DNA from: Promethearchaeota archaeon
Lineage (GTDB): Archaea > Asgardarchaeota > Lokiarchaeia > Sigyniarchaeales > SOKP01
Length of the DNA: 64,000 bases
Assembly: GCA_048938895.1 (NCBI GenBank)
Contig: JBHLLU010000006.1
Location: forward strand, 32,001 to 96,000
Direction of reading: 5' to 3'
Below the pieces are notes generated by a model. It made no database searches. It was given only the letters and a program-made list of their open reading frames with translations, and was not told the origin of the DNA. A program made the position numbers and the translations under genes. Below, one piece after another: positions 29,002 through 39,893 of this stretch (the first letter of the stretch is position 1; the number at the start of each line of letters is the position of its first letter).

Positions 29002-32000
29002 ATGGGTGTAATACTAAAGATCTCGTTACGTAATATGAAAAGACGTAAACTCCGTTATATTCTAACCACACTTACCCTTGTTATTAGTGTTGCGCTATTT
29101 GGGGGAGTTATGATCGTTTCTGATTCATTTAATGAGATGATGTTAGAGACATTTGATAAACAAATGGGTACGGCCGATATTCTCATTAAACCAGCAAATA
29201 GTACAAACGGTTGGTTCAATCCTATTGAAATTAATAATGAGATAGAAGATATAAAACATGTTGAATCTATAGCTTATAGAATAGTAGGATTTAATGTTTA
29301 TGTCAGTGCTACAGATAGTGGAAATCAGGTTGATAATAGTACTAGAACTATGATAAATGGTATCGATCCCCAAGATTCAGATGAACGAGCACTAGGATCA
29401 GAACCATTTATTCTAGATTCTGTTATCGATGGCAAAATCGTTGAAGATCTTCTTGATTATGTGGATCCGATTAATAATAATAGTGTAATAGTGATTTCAG
29501 AATCATTAAAAATCAAATTAGGTAAGGACTTTAAGGCAGGTGATAGTGTATGGATTCTTCCGGTTAATGGAACATTGCTAGGATATAATCCAATGGATAC
29601 AGGAACATGGCAAGAATATACTGTTACCGCAATAATTCGTGATATAGGAGAGGCGCGTGATTTTGATCCTGAAAATCCTTCAGAATCTTCAATGTTTGCA
29701 GAAGGACCGGGGATTTATGCGAGTATTAATAACACACGACGGATGGTTGATGGTACAGGGGAACATACTGATGAATTCAATTTAGCTGTTGTAGGTGTTG
29801 ATAATATATATAGCGTATCATCTGTTACAGAAGAAATAACTAGTAGATTAGCGGCTCTTAATGATGAGAGAGATTGGAGAGTCAATGACCTAAAATCAGA
29901 TAGTTTAGAGATGATAGAAACGTCAATGAGTACAATGCGTACGATGTTTATGATGTTTGGAGTTATAGCATTAACATTATCGGTCATATTGATGATGAAT
30001 ATCTTTAACATTATTAAAAAGGAACAAGAATATGAAACAGGCATGTTTCAAGCGATAGGTGCATCAAAATCCGAAACTTTCAAGATGTTCTTGACGCAAG
30101 GAGTAGTGATGGGAATTGTCGGTGCATTAATAGGCACAGCATTTTCTTACCTTATATCTTATGTGATATTTTCAGTTACCTTAGAAACAATTCAAAGTAT
30201 TGCTTCTCAAATGGGTGGATTCACGATTTCAGATTTTACAATTGTTGTTTATCCAACTACATTGATAACTACCTTTGTAATAGGTCTAATTGCGTGTATT
30301 GTAGCCTCGCTATATCCTAGTTGGAAAGCAAGTAGGAAACCCATCATTGAATGTTTAAATCCTATTGAAGAAAAATCTAAAAGAGAAAAAAAACATTATA
30401 TAAGAAGATTAGTTTTCTTTATTTTAGGAGGCTTACTTTTAGTTGGTGGATTAATACTCACTTATTCAGGCACTGAGAGTACAACCCAAATCCAAACAGG
30501 TGCAGGACCACCTCAGGGAATGATTTTGTCTATGTTTGCTCCCATTTTAGTTTTATTTGGGATTATCTGGTTATTAGCGCTTAGTATAAAGCCTTTTAAT
30601 AGAACTTTTGTATATTTGTTTTCCCCATATCTGCGAAAAACAAGGTTATTAACTGAAAAAAATATCTTAAGACATCGGCGAAGGACAACTCTTACCTTCA
30701 CAATGATTGCAATTACAACGAGTTTTCTTATTGGTATGAGCGTAATGATGGATTCTATGAGAGCAGGAATTCATACTACTGTAAATGACTTCATGGGTGC
30801 AGATATTAGAGTATTTACTTATAATACACCAAGATCATTTGAAGTAGGACTTCTCAACCAAACTGGAGTTGATGATGTTATGGGTGTGAGTCATCAAAAT
30901 GCCCAAATTCATATAGAAGGTGAGTGGATAGGTCATAGCCTACTTGAAAGTGAATTTAATACCTCTATTACTGCTAATGTGTTGGAAACAGACAAAATTA
31001 AGGAACATATGAAGAAAACTCAGATAATTTCCCCGTCGTCAATGAGCCTGAATGAAATGATGAATGAAATCGCAAGTGGAAATAAAATTATAATTGATGA
31101 AAATTTTGCTAAAGATTATGACGTAGATATTGGTGAAATTATACCAGTAAAATTTACACTTGGGACAACATTTGCTAATCTAACTGCAATGCTTGATCAA
31201 GATACTACGAATGCTCAAGAAGATACCTTAGTAGTTAATATGACAGTTGTCGCAGTAGTACGATCTATTCAAGGTTTTTCTACTGTGGATATAATGGGCT
31301 TTTTAAGTGAAGGAAAAACGTATAATGTGTTTATATCATGGGAAACTTATGAAAATATAGCTAATAAAAATTTACCTGGTGGTGGTACTGATTTAGCTTT
31401 TAGACAATTAACTCAAACCGGTAATCCAATGTTAGATATAGTTCTACCCAATTGGTTTAACTTTTCTACTATTGAAACAATTCTTAATAGCATTACAGGT
31501 ATTGAATATTATACAACCAGAATGGATTATTATAGTCCAACAGCTTTTAATGGAATTCCCATAGATTATATGAGTTCAATTACCGGAATTCATATTAATT
31601 CAAGTGGAAGACTAAGATCTGATTCTTATTTCGGTAATAACAGTGTTATGGCTCAAAAAGTGGGATATTCAGGAGAAACTATGGAAGAACTTCTTAATAC
31701 AGCTCAAAGGGTATGTGTTGTTGATGAAATTTTTATGATGCTCAATCCTTCTATTGCAATTGGAGATAACATTTCAATTTTTCCACAACAATTTGTACCT
31801 ACTATAATTGATGCAAGTGAATTTATTTCAACAATTATACCATATTTAGCTAATTTTACATCAATTTCTGGCAGTACAGGAAATTTAACACTATCTGATG
31901 ATGTTTACTTATCAGTTGAAAGTAATCAACAATGGCTTGCTTTTAATATAACAACAAGTCTATTACCAACAAATTTTTATAAGGCTATTAGTGTCACTAT

Positions 32001-33159
32001 TGAAACTTCAGTGAATTCTTCAGTTGAAAAGCTCGATTTAGAAGCACTGAATGTTTATACTAATTCATTTGAAAAATTAGGTTCTATCAATAATAGCATT
32101 GAGACAAACCATACCTTTTATTTTGATATGAATCATAACTATATCGATCAGATGAATAGAATTAATTTAAGAATAGTTGGATATAATTCATCCTATAATA
32201 GTAACTATAATTTAAGTATTGATAATTTAAGATTTGGGCTTTTAAGCTCAGTATATTCAACCAATTCTTCAACTTGGCCTACATTTGAAATTGTTGGAGT
32301 AATAGAAGCTCCTACACTACATAATAGCGAAAAGTATAACTGGTATGCTGGCTTTGAAACTGGTTATGATATTAGTGGAAATACAATATACTTAAGTTAT
32401 GAAAACGCAAGAAATATAGTTTATCCTTCTTATAAGGGTGCTGATTATTCAAGCGATTTAGTTACTTCGGTATTAGTTCATTGCGATAAACCAGAAAATA
32501 TTTCAGCTTATAGAAATACACTTTTTCAAAATCTTCATTTCATGGCAGGAGGATATTGGTCAATCATAGATCTCAAAAGCTTCTCTCTTGCAATTAGAAC
32601 GAATGTCTACGATTGGTTTGCATGGGTGCAAAAGGGAGTACACGATGAAGACGTTCTTGAAGAAATTGTTACTTATATAGAAGACCGAGGTTTTCTTATA
32701 ATATTTGCTTTTACTAGATCCTTTGCAAGTTCTATTTTCAGAACAATGATTAATCTTGTTACGTTCATAACTAATGGATTACTTATGTTTTCTATAATAA
32801 TTGCGATGATAGGATTGACACTTCACAGCCTGCTGACAACTATGGCTCGTAGGAGAGAAATAGGAATGCTGAGGGCAATAGGGTTAAGTAAAAAAGGAGT
32901 AATACATTCAATTTCCGGAGAAACGTTAATTTTAGCACTTCTAGGTGTATTTACTGGAATTTTTTCTGGAATAGCTCAAGGATCTTTAATGGTTGATGCA
33001 ATGCCCTCAGGTGGTTTTCTTAGCGTTACTTGGACTATTCCATGGCTAACAATCGGTATTTTAGTGGCAACAGTTTTAATTACAGTAATTCTTAGCTCAC
33101 GTTATCCCGCAAAATGGGCAGCAAACTTGAATATTATAGATGCGGTGAGAACAAGATAA
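29002..33159 (+). CDS. Large FtsX/MacB-type ABC permease
   Basis: Two FtsX-type TM blocks (ETGMFQAIGAS, RRREIGMLRAIGLSK) and large extracytoplasmic domains. Confidence 0.88.
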   Translation: MGVILKISLRNMKRRKLRYILTTLTLVISVALFGGVMIVSDSFNEMMLETFDKQMGTADILIKPANSTNGWFNPIEINNEIEDIKHVESIAYRIVGFNVYVSATDSGNQVDNSTRTMINGIDPQDSDERALGSEPFILDSVIDGKIVEDLLDYVDPINNNSVIVISESLKIKLGKDFKAGDSVWILPVNGTLLGYNPMDTGTWQEYTVTAIIRDIGEARDFDPENPSESSMFAEGPGIYASINNTRRMVDGTGEHTDEFNLAVVGVDNIYSVSSVTEEITSRLAALNDERDWRVNDLKSDSLEMIETSMSTMRTMFMMFGVIALTLSVILMMNIFNIIKKEQEYETGMFQAIGASKSETFKMFLTQGVVMGIVGALIGTAFSYLISYVIFSVTLETIQSIASQMGGFTISDFTIVVYPTTLITTFVIGLIACIVASLYPSWKASRKPIIECLNPIEEKSKREKKHYIRRLVFFILGGLLLVGGLILTYSGTESTTQIQTGAGPPQGMILSMFAPILVLFGIIWLLALSIKPFNRTFVYLFSPYLRKTRLLTEKNILRHRRRTTLTFTMIAITTSFLIGMSVMMDSMRAGIHTTVNDFMGADIRVFTYNTPRSFEVGLLNQTGVDDVMGVSHQNAQIHIEGEWIGHSLLESEFNTSITANVLETDKIKEHMKKTQIISPSSMSLNEMMNEIASGNKIIIDENFAKDYDVDIGEIIPVKFTLGTTFANLTAMLDQDTTNAQEDTLVVNMTVVAVVRSIQGFSTVDIMGFLSEGKTYNVFISWETYENIANKNLPGGGTDLAFRQLTQTGNPMLDIVLPNWFNFSTIETILNSITGIEYYTTRMDYYSPTAFNGIPIDYMSSITGIHINSSGRLRSDSYFGNNSVMAQKVGYSGETMEELLNTAQRVCVVDEIFMMLNPSIAIGDNISIFPQQFVPTIIDASEFISTIIPYLANFTSISGSTGNLTLSDDVYLSVESNQQWLAFNITTSLLPTNFYKAISVTIETSVNSSVEKLDLEALNVYTNSFEKLGSINNSIETNHTFYFDMNHNYIDQMNRINLRIVGYNSSYNSNYNLSIDNLRFGLLSSVYSTNSSTWPTFEIVGVIEAPTLHNSEKYNWYAGFETGYDISGNTIYLSYENARNIVYPSYKGADYSSDLVTSVLVHCDKPENISAYRNTLFQNLHFMAGGYWSIIDLKSFSLAIRTNVYDWFAWVQKGVHDEDVLEEIVTYIEDRGFLIIFAFTRSFASSIFRTMINLVTFITNGLLMFSIIIAMIGLTLHSLLTTMARRREIGMLRAIGLSKKGVIHSISGETLILALLGVFTGIFSGIAQGSLMVDAMPSGGFLSVTWTIPWLTIGILVATVLITVILSSRYPAKWAANLNIIDAVRTR

Positions 33160-33181
33160 TTAAAATTAAAAGGTGTAAAAT

Positions 33182-33982
33182 ATGGCAGTTGAAGAGAAAA
33201 AATTAAGGATGAATAAACAACGCAGAGCAACGGCAAAAGCAATTAACATTGATCCAGACATTGTTCTTACTGTGCAAGATCTCACTAAAACTTACACTGT
33301 TGGTAGTTCAACAATTACTGCACTGAAAAATGTTAACCTTACAGTCAAAAAAGGTGAATTTATCGCTGTTGTGGGACCTTCTGGTTCAGGAAAAACGACT
33401 TTAATTAACTGTTTGGGAGCGCTTGATTTTCCAGACTCAGGTAAAATTATTTATAATGTTGATGCGAAAGGAATGGGTCTCGATCTAGGAGTAATGACAA
33501 ATAAACAGCACAAAAAGATGCGATTAAGAAAGATTGGATTAATTTTTCAATTCTACAATCTTTTCCCAATTCTTACAGCTTATGAAAACGTGGAACTTCC
33601 TATGGTTATCGATAAAATTGATCCTAAATCAAGAGAAGAAAAAGTTAAAAGACTTCTTAAGAGAATTGGACTCGAAGAACGAATGGAACATTTACCAACG
33701 CAAATGTCAGGTGGAGAACAACAAAGAGTAACAATTGCTAGAGCATTAGTTAACGATCCTCTTATAATTCTTGCTGATGAACCAACAGGTGAGCTTGACA
33801 CAGAAACAACTACAAATATTATGAAAATTTTCCTCGAATTAAAAAACGCAGGGGAATCAATATTGATGGTTACACATAATTTAAGGATAGCTGAGGTAGC
33901 AGATAAGATTATCACTCTTACTGATGGAGAATTTACAGGAGAAAAAAGTGGGGGAAAAGCATTAGAGGATATTTACAAATAA
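33182..33982 (+). CDS. ABC transporter ATP-binding protein (LolD/MacB-like)
   Basis: GPSGSGKT, MSGGEQQR, ADEPTGELD. Confidence 0.93.
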   Translation: MAVEEKKLRMNKQRRATAKAINIDPDIVLTVQDLTKTYTVGSSTITALKNVNLTVKKGEFIAVVGPSGSGKTTLINCLGALDFPDSGKIIYNVDAKGMGLDLGVMTNKQHKKMRLRKIGLIFQFYNLFPILTAYENVELPMVIDKIDPKSREEKVKRLLKRIGLEERMEHLPTQMSGGEQQRVTIARALVNDPLIILADEPTGELDTETTTNIMKIFLELKNAGESILMVTHNLRIAEVADKIITLTDGEFTGEKSGGKALEDIYK

Positions 33983-34001
33983 AATATAGGAGGATTAAAA
34001 G

Positions 34002-34766
34002 ATGAAAAAATCAAAAAAGAGGAACAATATAGTCCCTACGATTCAAGAAGAAAAAAGCTATGAATTAAATTCTGAAGCAATGATCCAGACATTTGATTTA
34101 GCAAAAATCTACAACATTACTGAAGGTATTGAAATTAGAGCTTTAAACGGAGTAAGTATTGATGTCAATAAAGGTGAATTTGTTTCTGTTATGGGACCTT
34201 CTGGTTCTGGAAAAACTACACTTTTAAATATGATTGGTGCTCTTGATAATCCTACTCATGGTGCTGTCTATATAAACGGAACAAATATAGCTCATATGGA
34301 TGATACACAACGTACAAATTTAAGACTTAAAGAAATTGGGTTCATCTTTCAGTTCTATAATCTTGTACCAGTTCTTTCTGCGTATGAAAATGTCGAATTA
34401 CCAATGGTGTTTGCGGGGAAACATAAACGAGAGATTGAAAAAAATGTTAATAAATTTATAGATCTAGTAGGATTAGGCGATAAAAAAGATCATCTTCCCT
34501 CAGAATTATCAGGTGGGGAACAACAGAGAGTTGCGATTGCACGAGCATTATGTAATGAACCTTCCATTTTAATTGCTGACGAGCCAACTGGTGAACTAGA
34601 CACTAAAATGGGTATGGAAATCGTTAAATTATTACGCGAACTTAATATAGAACTGAATCAAACAATTTTAATGGTCACACATGATCCATCAGTAGGTGCT
34701 CTTGCTGAAAGAATGCTAAAAATGCGAGACGGAAAAATTATAGAAACTATAATTACTAAAAATTAA
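34002..34766 (+). CDS. ABC transporter ATP-binding protein (LolD/MacB-like)
   Basis: GPSGSGKT, LSGGEQQR, ADEPTGELD. Confidence 0.93.
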   Translation: MKKSKKRNNIVPTIQEEKSYELNSEAMIQTFDLAKIYNITEGIEIRALNGVSIDVNKGEFVSVMGPSGSGKTTLLNMIGALDNPTHGAVYINGTNIAHMDDTQRTNLRLKEIGFIFQFYNLVPVLSAYENVELPMVFAGKHKREIEKNVNKFIDLVGLGDKKDHLPSELSGGEQQRVAIARALCNEPSILIADEPTGELDTKMGMEIVKLLRELNIELNQTILMVTHDPSVGALAERMLKMRDGKIIETIITKN

Positions 34767-34838
34767 AATCTAATTTTATTTTATATATATTACTTTCTTT
34801 AAATCTATTTTTTTTAATAATCTGATTTTTCAATAGTA

Positions 34839-34850
34839 GGAACACGTTCC
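34839..34850. promoter_or_regulatory. Palindrome GGAAC-AC-GTTCC, candidate transcription-factor site
   Basis: GC-rich palindrome in a very AT-rich intergenic region, about 107 bp upstream of the acyl-CoA dehydrogenase. Confidence 0.35.
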
Positions 34851-34957
34851 CATTATTTCTAAAGTCATGTTAAAACTTTAATTTAGATAAAAAATATAAC
34901 CTAATTAATTTGTAAACCTATCAATATAAATAATAAAATAAGACTAAAGGCGACATT

Positions 34958-36217
34958 ATGTTCCAAGAGAAAATTATAAATGATGAAATTCTTGAGAAGA
35001 TGTCATTGGCAAATGTATTCAAAATTTTTAATGACAATGTTTCTCCAATGCTAAACGCAGAAGAACGTGAATTTTGTAATGATCTTCAAGAAGTTTGCTT
35101 AGAAATAAATTCTAAAATTGATCGTTCAAAGGATGTATATGGATTGCTTCCCGAACTTGGAAAATATGGTTATATACAGCGAATTAATCCTTGGAGAGAA
35201 TTTAAACCTTATGGAATGAAGAAGGAAATATTATTAGGCGCTCATATTTCGATGTTGGATGCGCAATTAGAATTAGCGCGTGTTGCAAGTGGAATATTAT
35301 GCGGAAATCCGACTTTTCATTATTATGAACATGGAGGAGAGTCTGAAATAGCCCGTAAAGTTCAAGATGAATTATTATCGGGGAAGAAAATAGGATGTAT
35401 CGGGATCACTGAACCTGAAAGAGGTTCTGATGCAGTTAACCTGACAACGACATGTACAAAAACAGATGATGGTGTCATTTATAATGGAGAAAAAGTATAT
35501 ACTACCAATGGTCCTAAAGCTGATTATTTCTGTTGTTATGGAGTTTATGACACATCAAATCCAAGAGACACTATGGTACAAAGTATTATTGCGCGTGAAT
35601 TTGGGGTTAAAACTGAACGTCTAAAAATTAATAGTGTTCCTAGAGTACATATATCGCATACAATATTAGATAATGTTAAGGTTCCTTATGACTATGTTCT
35701 TGCTGATAATGGATTAGGGTATAAAAGACTTTTCGAAGGTTTAGTACCTGAAAGACTTTCGATAATGGGAAGTGGTGTAGGAATTTGTTGGGCAGGCATT
35801 ATTTATGGTATTATTTACACCAATTTAAGAAAACAATTTGGTAAACCTGTAATACGATATCAAGGTGTTGGATACGGTTTAGCTGATCTATTAACAAAAA
35901 CCAATGCCGCAACTACATTAGCTCTCCAAGCAGCAACTGTGTATGACGATAAAATCTTATTTACAGACCAACCTTCACAAGAAGCAGCAAAATGGGCAGC
36001 AGCAATTTCATCCCAAGGTAAATATTACTTAGCAAAGTTAACTCATGAAGTTTGTTATGAGGTGCAACAACATGTAGGAGGCATTAGCGTTACAGATAAT
36101 ACCTTAATTGATGAACTGACTGATGTGAGTAAAATTGAAGAAGTTATCGGTGGAGCAAGAAACATACAGCTCCTTTTAATTCAAGGGCAAATTCAAAGAT
36201 ATTTAAGCTTATTGTAA
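34958..36217 (+). CDS. Acyl-CoA dehydrogenase
   Basis: ITEPERGSD, YNGEKVYTTNG, RKQFGKPVIRYQGV, EVIGGARNIQ. Confidence 0.93.
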   Translation: MFQEKIINDEILEKMSLANVFKIFNDNVSPMLNAEEREFCNDLQEVCLEINSKIDRSKDVYGLLPELGKYGYIQRINPWREFKPYGMKKEILLGAHISMLDAQLELARVASGILCGNPTFHYYEHGGESEIARKVQDELLSGKKIGCIGITEPERGSDAVNLTTTCTKTDDGVIYNGEKVYTTNGPKADYFCCYGVYDTSNPRDTMVQSIIAREFGVKTERLKINSVPRVHISHTILDNVKVPYDYVLADNGLGYKRLFEGLVPERLSIMGSGVGICWAGIIYGIIYTNLRKQFGKPVIRYQGVGYGLADLLTKTNAATTLALQAATVYDDKILFTDQPSQEAAKWAAAISSQGKYYLAKLTHEVCYEVQQHVGGISVTDNTLIDELTDVSKIEEVIGGARNIQLLLIQGQIQRYLSLL

Positions 36218-36226
36218 TTTACTTTT

Positions 36227-36673
36227 TTATTTTCTTTTTAATATTTCTTTAGCCGGAAAAGCTAAGCCTAAAATGAGAAGAGTAGCTCCTGTCACAAACG
36301 TAATCATACTTCCACCAAGATATCCTATATAAATTTTATAAATTATAAAAGTCCCCCAAGTGATAGTTCCTGCAATTAGGAGTGCATACCAAGACCATTT
36401 TTCACCTTTGCGATAGCACTTCTGAGTAATAAAAATTATCAGAACACCATTTCCGAGGAGAATAAATCCAATTAATTTTTTTGTAATGATGTATATCTCC
36501 GCAAATTCAGGATTACTTGCTAAATAGTAGGAGTATGACTGACCTGTGTACCATTTGAAATCACTCACAAACATAATTTCAGTTACAAATATCCATAGAA
36601 TTGCCATTATTAAAATAAAAAATCCCATGAATATCATAAAAAATGAACCAATTTCTAGTTTTGATTTTTGCAT
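36227..36673 (-). CDS. 4-TM membrane protein, unknown function
   Basis: Four hydrophobic segments and a YRKGEKWSWY loop. Confidence 0.7.
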   Translation of the reverse strand: MQKSKLEIGSFFMIFMGFFILIMAILWIFVTEIMFVSDFKWYTGQSYSYYLASNPEFAEIYIITKKLIGFILLGNGVLIIFITQKCYRKGEKWSWYALLIAGTITWGTFIIYKIYIGYLGGSMITFVTGATLLILGLAFPAKEILKRK

Positions 36674-36766
36674 TTTTCTCAGTGAAATCCATAAAATTGA
36701 TATAATTTAATGTTAGTAATAAGTTTTAAAAGGATTTCTTAAACTCTAAATTTTGTTTTTATTTCA

Positions 36767-37576
36767 TTAAGAGGTTAATACTAGGCTAAAAATAGATGTT
36801 ATAATTGATTTCAAGCCAACAATTATAAGAAAACAAAAAATAATAATCTGAAATTTCTTTACTGGTATTTTTGGAGTGACTTTTTGCCCGATTTTGGTAC
36901 CAACAAATATAATCGGGAAGGCAAAAATAAAAACCAACAATAAATCGTAGGGAAATATTCCATCCTTAAGAAAGTAGAAGGGGATTCTTGAAACTGATAA
37001 CACTGTCCCAATAGCGCCAAAATTTTCAATAAATCTTTCTCGATAATGTCCAGTCTTCTCTAATAATGCCACATTAATAGGACCTGCTGCGGAAATCAAG
37101 CCCGTTAATAATCCGTAAGAAGCGCCCCCTAAAATTATTAATGCAGAGGAATTCCCAATACTAGCATCTTGTTCTTCTTCTAAAACATTAGTTTCATTAA
37201 GATAAGATCGATTTAATAAATATTGAATAAGTTTAATGGAAGAATAGGAACATACGAATATACCAAAAATTAATTCTATCCATTCAAAACAAATGCCTAT
37301 TATTAGGTATGTAGCAAGAATTGTTGCAGGTACTCCCAATGACAAGAACCGATAAAAATACCCTTTATCCAGATATTGTCTATATTTAATAAAATTGAGA
37401 AAAGCAGGGAATGTACCCCACAGATTTACAAGTATTACAGCATTTTTAATACCAATTATTGGACTAACAATAGGAATTAAAATTAAAGCATCCCCAAATC
37501 CTACAATTCCATATATCATACTTGATAAGAATATAGGAAATAAAATCAGGTAGATCATCATATTGTTAAATTTCAA
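36767..37576 (-). CDS. TauE/SafE (TSUP) family anion exporter
   Basis: GIVGFGDALILIP and the internal repeat GLLTGLISAAGP; about 8 TM. Confidence 0.85.
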   Translation of the reverse strand: MKFNNMMIYLILFPIFLSSMIYGIVGFGDALILIPIVSPIIGIKNAVILVNLWGTFPAFLNFIKYRQYLDKGYFYRFLSLGVPATILATYLIIGICFEWIELIFGIFVCSYSSIKLIQYLLNRSYLNETNVLEEEQDASIGNSSALIILGGASYGLLTGLISAAGPINVALLEKTGHYRERFIENFGAIGTVLSVSRIPFYFLKDGIFPYDLLLVFIFAFPIIFVGTKIGQKVTPKIPVKKFQIIIFCFLIIVGLKSIITSIFSLVLTS

Positions 37577-37638
37577 AATACTTTTTTTAAAAAAAAAGTT
37601 GAGATTAATAGGTAGAGTAAAGACCTAATAAGTATATT

Positions 37639-39033
37639 TCAGGTTTTCTGGTATAGATATCTATCGTATGTTGCAAAAATAACCTTATTCGTGGTTTGGT
37701 CTTTAATAAATCTAATTCCTTCTCTCATCATTGGTAAAGTACTACAGATACTAAAAGACAAATCCTCCAATTTTTTTGGAATTAAAGGAAAGCTCATAAA
37801 ACCATCATCAACCTCAACATCTGCAAACAGGACAGGGCCTTTAAGATATATTTTCATTTCATATAAATTATGGGAGGATTTGTATGTACCGGTGATTTCA
37901 TCAACGATCAATCTGGTTTTTAATTCCTTTACATGTATTTCTGGATCAAGATCAAGCATTACACATAATGCAGCTCTCCCGATAGTCGATACTATACCAG
38001 TACATGAATTTTGTCCCACAGAAACTCCCACTTTCTTTTCAGGAATGAGTCCCAAAAAAGCACAACTTGTTCCCAATCCTCCCCCGTGATGAACGAAGGG
38101 ATAGGGATAATAATCATTTTCTAAAGTCCATCCCAAACAATATCTGGGATCATTTCCATATCCATAGGGACTTGAAATTCTTGGAGTCCATAGTTCTTGA
38201 AAAAATTGAGAAGAAAGCAGTATCTGATTTCTATAAATTCCTCCTTCAAGAAGGCATTGAGCATAATTCATCATTTCTTCCATTGAAGCATATAAACCAC
38301 CAGGAGCATCTAGATAGTTATACAAAGGGACTGGCTTCTGCTCGGGTACCCAATCCTTATCTAGTTTTTTAGGCAAATAGCCTGTTATTTTATCATTTAA
38401 AGGATCATTTTCAAAATCTTCCTTTAAAAACACAGCACGTTTCATTTCAAGTGGATCTAGAATCTCCTTCTTAATAAATTGTGGATAAGAATATCCTGAA
38501 ATTTTTTCTATAATAAAACCTAAACATGTGAACATGTCATTATTATAAAAAAATTTCTCCCCCGGTTTAAAAATAATAAATTCTTCAGGTTCACCAAGAT
38601 GTGCAATAAAATCTTCTTTTGTGGTTGCAGGAAATACTTTTTTGTAATCACCAAATGTATAGAACATTGAAGCAAGGCTTCCATCAGAAGCCGGAACACC
38701 GCTAGAATGTGATAAAATATGCTTGATTTGAATGTCAGGATGGGAAGTAAACGGCGCAAACTCAAGATATTTAGATACCGAATCCTCGAGAGAAATCTGA
38801 TCCCTTTCTACTAATTTCATAATAGCCAATGCAGTTAAGGATTTTGTTATACTACCAATCCCGATAAGCGTTTGTGGAGTCATTGGTAGAAATCTCTCGA
38901 GATTTCTAGCACCAAATCCTTTTGAAAATACAATCTCATTTTCTTGAAAAATGCTTATTGCCAATCCAGGAACCTTGTATATTCGCATATATTCCCGGAT
39001 AATTTTTTCTAATTTTAGAAAATCTTCCTTCAT
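37639..39033 (-). CDS. Serine hydrolase, beta-lactamase class C-like (probable peptidase)
   Basis: SITK, YNN and HGGG motifs plus a C-terminal beta-rich domain. Confidence 0.9.
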   Translation of the reverse strand: MKEDFLKLEKIIREYMRIYKVPGLAISIFQENEIVFSKGFGARNLERFLPMTPQTLIGIGSITKSLTALAIMKLVERDQISLEDSVSKYLEFAPFTSHPDIQIKHILSHSSGVPASDGSLASMFYTFGDYKKVFPATTKEDFIAHLGEPEEFIIFKPGEKFFYNNDMFTCLGFIIEKISGYSYPQFIKKEILDPLEMKRAVFLKEDFENDPLNDKITGYLPKKLDKDWVPEQKPVPLYNYLDAPGGLYASMEEMMNYAQCLLEGGIYRNQILLSSQFFQELWTPRISSPYGYGNDPRYCLGWTLENDYYPYPFVHHGGGLGTSCAFLGLIPEKKVGVSVGQNSCTGIVSTIGRAALCVMLDLDPEIHVKELKTRLIVDEITGTYKSSHNLYEMKIYLKGPVLFADVEVDDGFMSFPLIPKKLEDLSFSICSTLPMMREGIRFIKDQTTNKVIFATYDRYLYQKT

Positions 39034-39045
39034 TAATATTCCTCT

Positions 39046-39786
39046 TTAATACATTTCATTGATTTTTTTTTGAGGATCTTTTTTCCTTTTACCAAAAAGA
39101 ATTTTTTTATTCTTCTCTACAAATTTCCAACCAAATCCTGTTAACTCATTAAGTGGACCTTGGATCCCCTTTGGGTTTCCCGTTTTAGTGTACAATATTT
39201 CAGTTCGTTTAATTGCTTTAAACACTTGATATGGAGTTTTAAATTTATCAATCAATGCTTTTGCTTTTTTAGGCCCTATATCTACTAAACCTTCGATGAT
39301 AAAAGATCTTCTTTCTTTTTTAGCCATTTCCTTAGGAGCTTTTCTTGATAATAGCGGCATACCATCCTTTATTTGTTCCCGGTATGCGATTCTTTCAATT
39401 GCGATTACAGTATCTTCTAGATTTCGAGTAGGGATTATTGAAATTCCTAGTTTATATGATATATATGAAAGAGCACCATATATTGACGAGATGTTCATAC
39501 CCGTGTTCTCGAAAACCTTGTCATTTAAACCTTCAAGTATCAGTATCGGGTATTGATATGTATCTTTTAGTCTTAATAACTGCTCAAATAGTCGATTATC
39601 CATAATTGAGGTTACAAAATCAAAACCTTCCTTTCTTTCAATTGCCACCTCACTCGAGATAACAATATCTGCAATATCCAATTGTTTTGATTCATAGGTA
39701 ATTTTATCTTTTTTCTTATCTAACAAAGCTTTCAGTTTATTTTCTCTATGATCAATAATTATATGCATTTGTTCAACTTGATTCAT
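39046..39786 (-). CDS. xpf: Short ERCC4-domain (XPF-like) structure-specific endonuclease
   Basis: IIDHRE, ADIVIS, IERKEGFDFVTSIMDNRLFEQ, HhH DIGPKKA, PIP-like QKKINEMY. Confidence 0.88.
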   Translation of the reverse strand: MNQVEQMHIIIDHRENKLKALLDKKKDKITYESKQLDIADIVISSEVAIERKEGFDFVTSIMDNRLFEQLLRLKDTYQYPILILEGLNDKVFENTGMNISSIYGALSYISYKLGISIIPTRNLEDTVIAIERIAYREQIKDGMPLLSRKAPKEMAKKERRSFIIEGLVDIGPKKAKALIDKFKTPYQVFKAIKRTEILYTKTGNPKGIQGPLNELTGFGWKFVEKNKKILFGKRKKDPQKKINEMY

Positions 39787-39893
39787 AAGGCTAATTAAAA
39801 TTACACTAGTTGGATATTAAATATTTAACATTAGTATTATTAAAGGAATAATTTTGAATCATAGAAATAAAAAGTCAAACTCATATAAATTTA

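Noticed and set aside
28579-33915. Several minus-strand ORFs opposite the PadR/ABC operon
   Set aside because: Antisense shadows rich in S/I/F residues, as expected from codon bias on the other strand.
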